In this document: in pieces, positions 1 through 9,826 of the stretch
How the letters are laid out: each line of letters begins with the position of its first letter
How positions within the stretch are numbered: position 1 is the stretch's first letter
NCBI RefSeq assembly: GCF_032922745.1
Contig: NZ_CP136693.1
Location: forward strand, 2,514,967-2,554,966
Direction: 5' to 3'
Source of the DNA: Marinobacter salarius
Lineage (GTDB): Bacteria > Pseudomonadota > Gammaproteobacteria > Pseudomonadales > Oleiphilaceae
DNA length: 40,000 nucleotides
The notes under the pieces: model-generated
Told to the model about the DNA's origin: nothing
Databases searched by the model: none
What the model saw: the letters and a program-made list of their open reading frames with translations, nothing else
Position numbers and translations under genes: made by a program

Positions 1-1253
1 GGTGGTTGTTGCTCCGGCTCTTTTCCGATTTTAAACGGGTGGTGGGTACCCACGTTCAGCAGGGTGACCATCCACGGGCCGGGCTTCCTATCAAGCTGTC
101 GCAGGCGCTTTGCAACGTTGCTGAAATAGATCGGATCAGGTGGCCCCCAACCTTCCACTTCTTCTTCGGGGCCGTTGAAGATCTTTGCGCCGGTGACGTC
201 GATAAAACCGGCCTGCGGCATGAACTCACCCTTTTGCATATAATCCAACGGTGCGGCTTGCCAATAGGCCGTATGGTAGCCATGGTCCTTCAGGTGTTTG
301 GGCATGCAGTCCACCACAACGCGGCCTTCAGCTACATCAACCATTTTCCGCGATTGCCGGCGGAAGTCCGGGTATTCGCCACACAGGATGGCAAAGGTGC
401 CGCGATCTGTCTGGCGCTCCATGCTCAGCGAATTCCGGTAGATACGAAATCCATGACGGCGCAGGTTTTCTTCAAGGTTGGCCAGGGTAACGGTTGGGTC
501 GAGATCGTGATAGCGGCTCAGGCTTGGGAAATAGCCGCCGGACATACCCTCAATCATGACCAGCAGCACGTTGGGGTGGTCCCTCACAATGGGGGCGGCA
601 ACCTGGTGACGAAAAAAGCTCGCCGTCTGCAGGGTTTTCAGGGCTTTTTCAGACCCGTTGAGGTCCTCGTCTTCCGTGGATAGTGTTGGGGCGAGTGGCC
701 CGATGATCGCCCCTGGTATCTGGGCGAAAAAGCTGGCGACAACGTTGTTTGCGGGCGTTGTAAGGCTCTGGAACGACACGCCATAGACCGCGGCCACGAG
801 CACCGCAACCACCACCTGCCCGGTCCTGCCCGCCGGCAGTGCTTCGGTGTCGATACGACGGTGCTGCCAATGAAGAATCCAGGCAAGGGAAAGGTAGACG
901 GGAAGCCAAAGCGCGTGAATGTTGATCAGGCTGCCAGTCACAAAGGTCGGATCAACGCCCTTGCCAATCAGTGACAGCTGGAACAGGGTTCCGTGAACGG
1001 TAAGGTGCATGCCGGCAACAAACGTTGCGCATCCCAGGACCACGACCAGAATAACCCTGGAAATGCCTCTGGTGATGCACAGCAAAACAGCGAGAACAAA
1101 CGCACCGGCCAGGTCGCCGGCAATCATTGCCAGAGGATCGGGAACGACACCGCTTTGCAGCACATAGCTCGCCCTGACAACAACCAGCCAGCAGAAAGCC
1201 AAAACCAGTGTCTGGCGGAAATGTCTGGCCATGAGCCCAGAGAAAAATGTCAT
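1..1253 (-). CDS. Sulfatase-like (alkaline-phosphatase superfamily, LTA-synthase/phosphoglycerol-transferase type) membrane protein; 3' end lies outside the window
   Basis: My own minus-strand translation from the ATG at 1253..1251 reads MTFFSGLMARHFRQTLVLAFCWLVVV... It has several hydrophobic segments followed by a soluble domain with the motifs NVLLVMIEGMSGGYF, ERQTDRGTFAILCG and NVGTHHPF, which are typical of this family. The frame stays open to position 1, so it is absent from the ORF track. Track ORF 6..683(+) is its antisense shadow. Confidence 0.6.
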   Translation of the reverse strand, partial: MTFFSGLMARHFRQTLVLAFCWLVVVRASYVLQSGVVPDPLAMIAGDLAGAFVLAVLLCITRGISRVILVVVLGCATFVAGMHLTVHGTLFQLSLIGKGVDPTFVTGSLINIHALWLPVYLSLAWILHWQHRRIDTEALPAGRTGQVVVAVLVAAVYGVSFQSLTTPANNVVASFFAQIPGAIIGPLAPTLSTEDEDLNGSEKALKTLQTASFFRHQVAAPIVRDHPNVLLVMIEGMSGGYFPSLSRYHDLDPTVTLANLEENLRRHGFRIYRNSLSMERQTDRGTFAILCGEYPDFRRQSRKMVDVAEGRVVVDCMPKHLKDHGYHTAYWQAAPLDYMQKGEFMPQAGFIDVTGAKIFNGPEEEVEGWGPPDPIYFSNVAKRLRQLDRKPGPWMVTLLNVGTHHPFKIGKEPEQQP

Positions 1254-1352
1254 AGTGTGGTCCGGTATCGAGCGGCGGTTGAGGTCGTCAGCTTTGGCGT
1301 GAAAGGCCGGGCGCCAAACAAACAGGTTATCGCTACCGGCTGGAGGCTGGCA

Positions 1353-2234
1353 ATGTCGCGGAACGTTTATGAATCACTGGTAATCGGATGGCTGATCATT
1401 TTTACCCTGTCAGGGTGCTCCGATGAAAAGGATCCCCCGCCTGCGGGAGCAGAATCGACAAGCGTGCAGGACCCAAGCGCACCTACGATTACGCTAAGTG
1501 ACGCTGAACTCGACTGGGTAGGGCAGCAGATTTTTCGAAATGAATGTTCTGCGAAGAAAGCCTGCCTTGTGCACTGGAACAAAGGGGAAGCCTTTCCGTC
1601 GCTCGGTATCGGGCATTTTATCTGGTATCCGTCGGCAGTGGAGGGGCGGTTCGTAGAAAGCTTTCCCGCACTGATTCGGTACATGGCCAAGCGTGATGCA
1701 CCATTGCCCCGCTGGCTTGCACGGCTGGATCCATTTGACGCGCCATGGCCCGACAGGGCCGCTTTTCTCGAGGTGGCTGATTTTGCCCGTGTTGTCGAAC
1801 TGAGGGAGTTTCTGCTGACGACCCGGGATCTCCAGGCCGGCTTTATTGTCCAGCGGGCCAGTAGCTCCCTGTTACGCATCATACAGGTAGCTCCTGACGC
1901 CCAACGAGCACGTGTGAAGCGGCACCTTGAGGAACTGGTCAGCACGTCCGGCGGGGTTTATGCCGTCATTGACTACGTGAACTTCAAGGGGGAGGGGCTG
2001 TCCGCCACGGAGCAATACAACGGTGAAGGATGGGGGTTGTTACAGGTCCTTCTTGCCATGAAAGGCGATGACCGGCCGACCCTTGACCAATTCCGAAGCG
2101 CAGCCGCTGAAGTATTGACCCGTCGGGCCGGGAACGCCGACGCTCCGATCGAACGAGAGCGCTGGCTGGCGGGCTGGCTCAGTCGTTTGGAAAGCTATCG
2201 GGAGCCGGATCATACTTTGGTCGCACCAAAATAA
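1353..2234 (+). CDS. Predicted lipoprotein of unknown function
   Basis: An in-frame ATG at 1353 inside track ORF 993..2234 gives MSRNVYESLVIGWLIIFTLSGC, a signal peptide with lipobox LSGC. The 120 codons upstream overlap the divergent gene and look non-coding. I do not recognise the family. Confidence 0.6.
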   Translation: MSRNVYESLVIGWLIIFTLSGCSDEKDPPPAGAESTSVQDPSAPTITLSDAELDWVGQQIFRNECSAKKACLVHWNKGEAFPSLGIGHFIWYPSAVEGRFVESFPALIRYMAKRDAPLPRWLARLDPFDAPWPDRAAFLEVADFARVVELREFLLTTRDLQAGFIVQRASSSLLRIIQVAPDAQRARVKRHLEELVSTSGGVYAVIDYVNFKGEGLSATEQYNGEGWGLLQVLLAMKGDDRPTLDQFRSAAAEVLTRRAGNADAPIERERWLAGWLSRLESYREPDHTLVAPK

Positions 2235-2494
2235 TTCCTGAAAACTGGTTCAATTCGCGAACGCCTTCTACTTTATAGGGAAGTGGTTGAGAAATTGCCT
2301 GCCCTATGGTCTGTCAGCGCGTGCTGATGTGAGGCATTCGCTGCACAAAGTTGTGGCCCGTAGAGGTTGAAGACGGTATTCGAGGCTGCTTGCTTGATAA
2401 AACAAATACTATAAATCAACACGTTGGTATATCTGGCTCGTAAATTGCTCATATTCAGTGCACCTCTAACCAACGGAATTTTGGAGATAAAATA

Positions 2495-3520
2495 ATGAAG
2501 AACGCCAAGTCGATTGCCGTCGGCGCAGCTATGCTGTGTGGAGTTTTTACCGCTTCGGTTGCCAGTGCGGCTACGACGCTTGAAAGCGTCAAGGAAAAAG
2601 GGCATTTGCAGTGTGGTGTAACAAGTGGTCTTCCGGGGTTTTCACAGCCGGACGACAAAGGTAACTGGACCGGTATAGACGTCGACACCTGTCGTGCCGT
2701 AGCCGCTGCGATTTTTGGGGACGCCAAGGCGGTTGAATTCACGCCTTTGACCGCGAAAGAGCGTTTTACCGCACTCCAGTCGGGTGAAATAGACATGCTG
2801 TCCCGTAATACCACCTGGACACTTACCCGGGATGCGTCGCTGGGTCTCAACTTCGCCGGTGTTAACTACTACGACGGTCAGGGCTTTCTGGTGAACAAGG
2901 GCATTGGCGTGGACGATGCCACCCAACTGGACGGTGCGACTGTCTGTATCCAGGCCGGTACAACCACCGAGCTCAACCTGTCGGACTACTTCCGCGCCAA
3001 GGGCATGGAATACAAGCCCATTGTGTTTGACACTTCTGAACAGACGGTCCAGGGCTTTGCGTCCGGTCGTTGTGACGTGCTGACCTCAGACCGTTCACAG
3101 CTTGCGGCACTTCGCTCCAAACTGTCCGATCCCGATTCCGCCAAGATCCTTCCCAACACCATCTCCAAGGAGCCTCTTGGACCGGTTGTGCGCCAGGGGG
3201 ATGACCAGTGGTTCAACATCGTGAAGTGGGTATTGTCTGTGCAAATCAACGCGGAAGAGCTGGGTGTTGCCAGCGACAATGTTGATGACATGATGAAGTC
3301 TGACAACCCGAGTATCCAGCGCCTACTGGGCACTGACGGTGATATGGGGGCCAAACTGGGGCTGCCAGCTGACTTTGGTGCCAAGGCCATCAAACAGGTT
3401 GGTAACTATGGCGAGATGTACGATCGTAACGTAGGCCCGGACACTCCGCTTGGCCTGGATCGGGGCATCAATGCCCTGTGGACTGAAGGCGGTGTTATGT
3501 ACGCGCCTCCGGTACGTTAA
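2495..3520 (+). CDS. aapJ: General L-amino-acid ABC transporter, periplasmic substrate-binding protein (AapJ/BztA type)
   Basis: 341 aa with a signal peptide (MKNAKSIAVGAAMLCGVFTASVASA). It is the first of four genes whose sizes (341/395/362/268 aa) match the AapJQMP pattern. A GGAG Shine-Dalgarno lies upstream. Confidence 0.8.
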   Translation: MKNAKSIAVGAAMLCGVFTASVASAATTLESVKEKGHLQCGVTSGLPGFSQPDDKGNWTGIDVDTCRAVAAAIFGDAKAVEFTPLTAKERFTALQSGEIDMLSRNTTWTLTRDASLGLNFAGVNYYDGQGFLVNKGIGVDDATQLDGATVCIQAGTTTELNLSDYFRAKGMEYKPIVFDTSEQTVQGFASGRCDVLTSDRSQLAALRSKLSDPDSAKILPNTISKEPLGPVVRQGDDQWFNIVKWVLSVQINAEELGVASDNVDDMMKSDNPSIQRLLGTDGDMGAKLGLPADFGAKAIKQVGNYGEMYDRNVGPDTPLGLDRGINALWTEGGVMYAPPVR

Positions 3521-3536
3521 TACCTGAAAGCACCCA

Positions 3537-3565
3537 GTGGGCGCGCTCCTGATGGAGCCGCCCAC
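3537..3565 (+). promoter_or_regulatory. GC-rich intra-operon hairpin between aapJ and aapQ, with no T-run
   Basis: gtgggcgcgctcc-tgat-ggagccgcccac forms a 12-bp stem with one bulge, 17 nt after the aapJ stop. Such hairpins are common after binding-protein genes in ABC operons, where they stabilise the mRNA or partially terminate transcription. Confidence 0.35.
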
Positions 3566-3613
3566 CGACATCTGTGATTCGTTTCGTCGCGGGCTAGCTT
3601 TCCGGGAACATGC

Positions 3614-4801
3614 ATGAAAAAACAAACCTTTGATTCCAAACCTGCGGGGCCAAAGCCCTGGTACGACCCGCGGGTTCGCGCTATTTTTTTCCAGGTAGTT
3701 GCCATTGCCCTCGTCTTCTGGGGTGGCTGGGTTCTTATCGACAATACGCTTTCCAATATGGAAAGCCGTGGCATAAGCACCGGTTTCGGGTTCCTTGATG
3801 AATCAGCCGGGTTCGGCATCATCATGAGCCTGGTCCCCTACGACGCCACCATGTCGTACGGTCGAACCTTTTGGGTCGGCCTGACCAATACCCTTCTGGT
3901 ATCGGCAATGGGTGTGGTGACCGCCACTATCCTCGGTTTCATCATCGGTGTCGCCAGGCTTTCAAGCAACTGGCTGGTTGCCAAAGTCTCACTGGCGTAC
4001 ATCGAAGTGATCCGCAACATCCCTCTGCTGCTGCAGATTTTCTTCTGGTACTTTGCGGTGCTCAGTAGCCTGCCTTCACCGCGACAAAGCGTGGACGTCG
4101 GCGGCGCCTTTTTCCTCAACAACCGTGGCCTGTATGTGCCGGAGCCGGTGACTCAGGATGGCTTTGGCCTGGTGTGGGGAGGCATTCTCGCGGCCATTGC
4201 AACGGTCATTGGCATTCGTATATGGGCCAAGAAGCGCCAACTGGCGACCGGAGCGATTTTCCCGACGTTCAAGGTGGGCGTGGGAATTCTAGTTCTGGTT
4301 CCGATAATGTCGTACCTCCTCGCCGGTCAGCCCCTGGAATGGGATTTTCCAGCGCTGAAGGGCTTCAATTTCGGTGGTGGCATTTCCATCATTCCGGAAC
4401 TGGCGGCGCTATGGATTGCCTTGTCCCTGTACACCGCCAGCTTCATCGCGGAAATTGTGCGGTCTGGCATCCTCTCGGTCAGCAAGGGGCAGACTGAGGC
4501 ATCGAAGGCACTGGGCCTTCCGAATGGTCTTACGCTCAGGTTGGTGGTGATTCCCCAGGCGATGCGGGTGATTATCCCGCCGTTGACGAGCCAATATCTT
4601 AACCTGGTGAAGAACTCCTCACTCGCCACGGCCATCGGTTACCCCGATCTGGTCGCGGTGTTCATGGGAACCACGCTGAACCAGACCGGCCAGGCCGTGG
4701 AAGTTGTGGCCATTACCATGGCTGTTTATCTCACCATCAGCCTGTTGATCTCCCTGTTTATGAATATCTATAACCGGGCTGTAGCGATTAAGGAGCGATG
4801 A
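3614..4801 (+). CDS. aapQ: Amino-acid ABC transporter permease (AapQ/BztB type)
   Basis: 395 aa, multi-pass membrane protein carrying the EAS-loop-like motif TEASKALGLPNGLTLRLVVIPQA. Its stop overlaps the start of the next gene. Confidence 0.8.
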   Translation: MKKQTFDSKPAGPKPWYDPRVRAIFFQVVAIALVFWGGWVLIDNTLSNMESRGISTGFGFLDESAGFGIIMSLVPYDATMSYGRTFWVGLTNTLLVSAMGVVTATILGFIIGVARLSSNWLVAKVSLAYIEVIRNIPLLLQIFFWYFAVLSSLPSPRQSVDVGGAFFLNNRGLYVPEPVTQDGFGLVWGGILAAIATVIGIRIWAKKRQLATGAIFPTFKVGVGILVLVPIMSYLLAGQPLEWDFPALKGFNFGGGISIIPELAALWIALSLYTASFIAEIVRSGILSVSKGQTEASKALGLPNGLTLRLVVIPQAMRVIIPPLTSQYLNLVKNSSLATAIGYPDLVAVFMGTTLNQTGQAVEVVAITMAVYLTISLLISLFMNIYNRAVAIKER

Positions 4802-5886
4802 TGGCTGAGTCAACCATGAAGGCGCCGAAAAAACGCATTGATCCTGTCCGGTGGGCGCGGGAGAACCTGTTTTCAAGCTGGCACAACACGATTCTGACCC
4901 TGTTGGTGGGCTACCTGATCGTGACCAGCGTGGGTCCCTTGCTCAATTGGGTATTGCTGGATGCGAACTTCCAGGGCAGTGACCCGAGTGACTGTACCGG
5001 AGCGGGGGCCTGCTGGCTGTTTATCAATCAGCGGCTTAATTTCTTTATCTACGGGTTCTACCCCGAGGAATTCCAGTGGCGCGTGGACATTATGTTCGGC
5101 CTGCTGGCACTGTCTTTCGCGCCTCAGTTCATTGAACGCTTTCCGGGCCGTAAATGGCTGGGGTTGTTCGGACTGACCGGGCTGCCGATTGTCGGCTACT
5201 TCCTGGTTCCGGGTGGCGTATTTGGCCTGGAGGAGGTTCAGAGTTCGAAGTGGGGTGGGCTGATGTTGACGCTGATTCTGGCGTATATCGGCATCATTGC
5301 CTCGCTGCCGATTGGCACCTTGCTGGCACTGGGACGTCGCTCCGAGATGCCGATCATCCGTGGGCTTTGTGTGGTTTTCATCGAAGTGTGGCGAGCAGTT
5401 CCGTTAATCACGGTACTGTTCATGGCCTCGGTGATGCTGCCGTTGTTCCTACCGGAAGGTATGAACTTCGAGAAGCTGGCGCGCGCGCTCATCGGCATCA
5501 CGCTCTGGCAGTCCGCCTATATGGCGGAGGTCATTCGTGGCGGCCTGCAGGCCATTCCCCGTGGACAGTACGAAGCCGCCAGTGCGCTGGGCCTTGGGTA
5601 CTGGAAGAAAACGGGACTGATCATCCTGCCCCAGGCGCTCAAGCTCGTTATTCCTGGCATCGTTAACACGTTTATCTCGTTGTTCAAGGACACAACGCTG
5701 GTGCTGATTATCGGGCTGTTCGATATTCTCGGCACCGTTCAATCGACGGTTACGGACCCCGCCTGGCAGAACGTGGCTGTGGAGGGGTATGTCTTTGTGG
5801 CGTTCTGTTTCTGGGTGTTTTGCTTCGGCATCTCCCGATACAGCCAGAACCTTGAACGCAAACTCGATACCGGTCACAGAACCTGA
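4798..5886 (+). CDS. aapM: Amino-acid ABC transporter permease (AapM/BztC type)
   Basis: 362 aa membrane protein with [23 protein letters not shown]. The start is ATG 4798 or 4801 (ATGATG overlapping the aapQ TGA), which suggests translational coupling. Confidence 0.8.
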   Translation: MMAESTMKAPKKRIDPVRWARENLFSSWHNTILTLLVGYLIVTSVGPLLNWVLLDANFQGSDPSDCTGAGACWLFINQRLNFFIYGFYPEEFQWRVDIMFGLLALSFAPQFIERFPGRKWLGLFGLTGLPIVGYFLVPGGVFGLEEVQSSKWGGLMLTLILAYIGIIASLPIGTLLALGRRSEMPIIRGLCVVFIEVWRAVPLITVLFMASVMLPLFLPEGMNFEKLARALIGITLWQSAYMAEVIRGGLQAIPRGQYEAASALGLGYWKKTGLIILPQALKLVIPGIVNTFISLFKDTTLVLIIGLFDILGTVQSTVTDPAWQNVAVEGYVFVAFCFWVFCFGISRYSQNLERKLDTGHRT

Positions 5887-6692
5887 TGGGTAAACCAATG
5901 ACAGAACAAACGCAAACTCCTGAAACACAATCGTCACCGTCCTCAGACGTTGGCAAGTCCGACATTATTCGGGTGGAGGGCATGCACAAGTGGTACGGCG
6001 ATTTCCACGTGTTGCAGGACCTCAACCTGACAGTCCGCCACGGTGAGCGGATCGTTATATGTGGCCCATCCGGTTCGGGTAAATCCACGTTCATTCGCTG
6101 CATTAACCGATTGGAAGAGCATCAGCAGGGCAAGATCATTGTCGACGACGTGGAACTGACGGACGATGTGCGCCAGATCGACAGCGTCCGGCGAGAGGTT
6201 GGCATGGTGTTTCAGCATTTCAACCTGTTCCCGCATTTGACGGTGCTCGAGAACTGCTGCCTGTCACCGATCTGGGTGCGGAAAACGCCGCGCAAGGAAG
6301 CCGAGGCCACGGCGATGGAATACCTGGAGCGGGTAAAGATCCCGGACCAGGCCAACAAATTTCCAGGCCAGCTTTCCGGCGGTCAGCAACAGCGGGTGGC
6401 TATCGCCAGGGCGCTGTGTATGAAGCCGAAAATCATGCTGTTTGACGAGCCGACGTCCGCGCTGGACCCTGAGATGATCAAGGAGGTGCTGGACGTCATG
6501 ATTGAACTGGCCGGTAGCGGCATGACCATGTTGTGCGTCACCCATGAAATGGGCTTCGCCAAGACGGTGGCTGACCGGGTGATCTTCATGGACGGCGGTG
6601 AAATCGTTGAAGAGGCGCCGCCTCACGATTTCTTCAACAACCCGCAGGAACCCAGAACCCAGAAGTTCCTGAAGCAGATCCTGCAACACTGA
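5886..6692 (+). CDS. aapP: Amino-acid ABC transporter ATP-binding protein
   Basis: Walker [13 protein letters not shown] signature [15 protein letters not shown] and Walker [12 protein letters not shown] are present. The ATG overlaps the aapM TGA by 1 nt. Confidence 0.9.
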   Translation: MGKPMTEQTQTPETQSSPSSDVGKSDIIRVEGMHKWYGDFHVLQDLNLTVRHGERIVICGPSGSGKSTFIRCINRLEEHQQGKIIVDDVELTDDVRQIDSVRREVGMVFQHFNLFPHLTVLENCCLSPIWVRKTPRKEAEATAMEYLERVKIPDQANKFPGQLSGGQQQRVAIARALCMKPKIMLFDEPTSALDPEMIKEVLDVMIELAGSGMTMLCVTHEMGFAKTVADRVIFMDGGEIVEEAPPHDFFNNPQEPRTQKFLKQILQH

Positions 6693-6716
6693 ACGGCCTG
6701 CAACACCGAACGGAAG

Positions 6717-6741
6717 GAGCCGGGCATCGCCCGGCTCTTTT
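6717..6741 (+). terminator. Intrinsic terminator after aapP
   Basis: gagccgggc-atc-gcccggctc (9-bp stem) is followed by tttt. It overlaps the stop of the convergent lpxH. Confidence 0.5.
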
Positions 6742-7465
6742 ACAGGGGGTGTTTGGTAAGAACCGGTTCCTTATCCGGCTCTACCTCCAGCCACCAGACG
6801 TTCTCGTCCCAGTCTCCCAGCACAATCCGCTTTGCCGGCTTACCGCCTGCCTCCAGCTCGTGAACCGCCGGACGGTGGGTATGGCCGTGGATCAGGCGTT
6901 GCACCCCGTGCGCCTCCATTTCCTTCACCACCTCATCCTCGGTGACGTCCATAATGAACTCTTCCTTGCCCTGGTTCTTGGCCATGCTGATTTCCCGTAA
7001 TTGACGGGCCATCTGCTGACGTTCGGCCAGGGGTCGTTGGAGGATCATCTGCTGCCATTGCGGGTTGCGCATGTTGGCACGAAACTTCTGGTACTCCACA
7101 TCCGCGGTACACAGACTGTCACCGTGCATCAGCAGGGTGGGCGTGCCGTAAAGGTCCACCACCGTCGGGTCGTCCAGCAAGGTGGCACCGATTCGGTTGC
7201 AGTACTCCTCGCCAATCAAAAAGTCCCGGTTTCCGTGCATCAGGAACAACCTGGTGCCCGAGTCGCTGACCGCGCGCAGTGCCGTCGCAATCTGCTCCTG
7301 CAGGGGCGTTCGTTCGTCATCGCCAATCCAGGCTTCGAAAAAATCGCCGAGAATGTAGAGTTGCTCCACCCCTCGGGCCTTTTCTTCAAGAAATCCCAGA
7401 AATGCAGTGGTGATGTCGGGGCGAGACTCTTCCAGGTGTAAATCTGAGATGAACAGCGTGGTCAC
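6740..7465 (-). CDS. lpxH: UDP-2,3-diacylglucosamine pyrophosphatase
   Basis: 241 aa. The N-terminus MTTLFISDLHLEESRPDIT and the GNRDFL and HGHTH metallophosphatase motifs are typical of LpxH. Confidence 0.9.
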   Translation of the reverse strand: MTTLFISDLHLEESRPDITTAFLGFLEEKARGVEQLYILGDFFEAWIGDDERTPLQEQIATALRAVSDSGTRLFLMHGNRDFLIGEEYCNRIGATLLDDPTVVDLYGTPTLLMHGDSLCTADVEYQKFRANMRNPQWQQMILQRPLAERQQMARQLREISMAKNQGKEEFIMDVTEDEVVKEMEAHGVQRLIHGHTHRPAVHELEAGGKPAKRIVLGDWDENVWWLEVEPDKEPVLTKHPL

Positions 7466-7971
7466 GCCGCGCCTCCATCCCCTGTGATCTCGGCTTTCTC
7501 GATCACCACGTCCTCAGCTGGCACATCCTGATGGCCTGAGCGCATAGTGGTACGCACAGCGCGAATGGCGTTTACTGTTTCCATGCCTTCCACAACCTTA
7601 CCGAAAACGCAGTAGCCCCAGCCTTCGGCGTTTTCCGCAGTGTGATCAAGGAAGCCGTTGTTCTCGACGTTGATGAAGAACTGCGCCGTGGCGGAGTGCG
7701 GGTCCATGGTTCGGGCCATGGCAACGGTACCCTGCATATTGCTGAGGCCGTTGTTGGCTTCGTTTTGAATGGGCTCGCGGGTCTTTCGCGGGGTCATGCC
7801 CGGTTCAAAGCCGCCACCCTGAACCATGAAGTTGCTGATGACACGGTGGAAAATCAGCCCGTCATAGAAGCCGTCACGAACGTACTGTTCGAAGTTTTTG
7901 GCGGTCTCGGGGGCATTGTCGTAATCCAGTTCCAGAGTGATGTCACCGTGGGAGGTTTTCAGCAGAATCAT
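7462..7971 (-). CDS. ppiB: Peptidyl-prolyl cis-trans isomerase B (cyclophilin)
   Basis: 169 aa with FHRVISNFMVQGGGF and other cyclophilin motifs. There is a 4-nt overlap with the lpxH start. Confidence 0.9.
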   Translation of the reverse strand: MILLKTSHGDITLELDYDNAPETAKNFEQYVRDGFYDGLIFHRVISNFMVQGGGFEPGMTPRKTREPIQNEANNGLSNMQGTVAMARTMDPHSATAQFFINVENNGFLDHTAENAEGWGYCVFGKVVEGMETVNAIRAVRTTMRSGHQDVPAEDVVIEKAEITGDGGAA

Positions 7972-8109
7972 CAGGGTTTCCTGTTCAAGTAGGTATTAAA
8001 AGCAACGTGGCTGTTATTGTACTGAAGAGTTTGTACGCGTGCATGAGTTAGGCAATGATTTGTGAGTATAATACGCGGTTTCAGATACACACCCTACGAT
8101 TGAGATTGT

Positions 8110-9786
8110 ATGAGCGCCGAGTCCAAGAAAGCCCATAACTTCATCCAGAGCCTGATCGAAGACGCCGTTGCCAAAGGCGAACACACGGGTAAGGTTGTGA
8201 CCCGTTTTCCGCCCGAGCCGAACGGTTATCTGCACATCGGCCACGCCAAATCCATTTGCCTGAATTTCGGCATTGCGGAAACCTTTGACGGCGAATGCAC
8301 GTTGCGGTTTGATGATACTAATCCGGAAAAGGAATCCCAGGAGTACATTGATTCCATCAAGAAGGATGTTCATTGGCTGGGTTGTGAATGGAGCGGAGAG
8401 GTTCGCTACGCTTCGGACTATTTTGACGCCATTTACGACTTCGCCGTTGAGCTGATTGAAAAGGGCAAAGCCTATGTGTGCGCGCTGACTGCCGATCAGA
8501 TGGCCGAGTACCGCGGCACGCTTAAAGAGCCGGGCCAGAACAGCCCCTATCGTGACCGTCCGGTAGAAGAAAACCTTCAGCTGTTCCGCGATATGCGCGC
8601 CGGTAAGTATCAGAACGGTGAGCTGGTGTTGCGCGCCAAAATCGATATGACCTCCCCGAACATCAATCTGCGGGACCCGATTCTGTACCGGATTCGCTAC
8701 GCCGACCATCACCAGACTGGCGATAAATGGTGCATCTATCCGATGTACGACTTCACCCACCCGATTTCCGACGCCATGGAGGGGATTACCCATTCCCTGT
8801 GCACCCTGGAATTCGAGGATCATCGCCCGTTGTATGACTGGGTGCTGGACAACATCTCCGCTCCCTGCCAGCCACGGCAGATCGAATTTGCCCGGCTGAA
8901 CCTCAATTACACCATCACCAGCAAGCGCAAACTCAAGCGTTTGGTGGATGAAGGCTTTGTGGATAGCTGGAATGACCCACGCATGCCCACCATCTCCGGC
9001 ATGCGCCGCCGTGGTTATACCCCGGAGTCCATCCGTACCTTCTGCGACATGATTGGTGTCAACAAGGCCGGCGGCACCGTGGATATGGGGATGCTCGAGC
9101 ACGCCATCCGTGAAGACCTGAACACCCGTTCGCCCCGCGCCATGTGTGTAATGCGGCCGTTGAAGGTGACACTGACCAATTACCCGGAAGACAAGACCGA
9201 AACCCTGGTGTTGCCGGTTCACCCCCAGAACCCGGACATGGGCGAGCGTGAAGTGACCTGGAGCCAGACTCTGTACATCGACAGGGAAGACTTCGCGGAA
9301 GAACCGCCCCGTAAATGGAAGCGTCTTGCTCCGGATCAGGCGGTGCGTCTGCGTGGCGGATACGTCATGACCTGCCGTGAGGTTATCCGTGACGACAGCG
9401 GTGAGATTGTTGAACTGAAATGTGAATACGATCCAAATACCCTGGGCGTTAACCCCGAAGGCTACAAACCGAACGGTGTCGTTCATTGGGTGTCGGCCAC
9501 TGACAGCGTTGAGACGGATATCAATCAATACGACCGCCTGTTCAACCATGAGTCGCCGGACAGTGATAAAGAGACTGACTTTGTGGACCTGATCAACCCG
9601 GAATCTCTGGTGGTCCTCAAAGGCGCCAGAGTAGAGAAGAGCTTGGCCCAGCCCCGTACTGATTTGCCATATCAGTTCGAGCGTGAGGGGTATTTTTTCT
9701 GCGATCAGGAACTGACTGCGGCAGCAGGACGTCCGGTCTTCAACCGCACAGTGACCCTCCGGGATTCGTGGGGCAAGGGCAAGTAA
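8110..9786 (+). CDS. glnS: Glutaminyl-tRNA synthetase
   Basis: 558 aa with class I HIGH (PNGYLHIGH) and KMSKS-like (TSKRK) motifs. It appears collinear with GlnRS throughout. Confidence 0.95.
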   Translation: MSAESKKAHNFIQSLIEDAVAKGEHTGKVVTRFPPEPNGYLHIGHAKSICLNFGIAETFDGECTLRFDDTNPEKESQEYIDSIKKDVHWLGCEWSGEVRYASDYFDAIYDFAVELIEKGKAYVCALTADQMAEYRGTLKEPGQNSPYRDRPVEENLQLFRDMRAGKYQNGELVLRAKIDMTSPNINLRDPILYRIRYADHHQTGDKWCIYPMYDFTHPISDAMEGITHSLCTLEFEDHRPLYDWVLDNISAPCQPRQIEFARLNLNYTITSKRKLKRLVDEGFVDSWNDPRMPTISGMRRRGYTPESIRTFCDMIGVNKAGGTVDMGMLEHAIREDLNTRSPRAMCVMRPLKVTLTNYPEDKTETLVLPVHPQNPDMGEREVTWSQTLYIDREDFAEEPPRKWKRLAPDQAVRLRGGYVMTCREVIRDDSGEIVELKCEYDPNTLGVNPEGYKPNGVVHWVSATDSVETDINQYDRLFNHESPDSDKETDFVDLINPESLVVLKGARVEKSLAQPRTDLPYQFEREGYFFCDQELTAAAGRPVFNRTVTLRDSWGKGK

Positions 9787-9826
9787 GTTCGGTGATACAT
9801 TTATTCAAACTTTTAACGAGCGTAGC

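Noticed and set aside
6-683. 225-aa plus-strand ORF at the left edge
   Set aside because: It lies antisense to a minus-strand frame that has clear sulfatase-family motifs. Its own sequence is low-complexity and rich in H, G, R and V, as expected of a shadow ORF in GC-rich DNA.
993-1352. N-terminal 120 codons of track ORF 993..2234
   Set aside because: They overlap the divergent gene's 5' end and have non-protein-like composition. The internal ATG at 1353 gives a textbook lipoprotein signal peptide.
8014-9549. 511-aa minus-strand ORF
   Set aside because: It is entirely antisense to glnS, which is unambiguous. It has no recognisable motifs and is a typical long antisense shadow frame.
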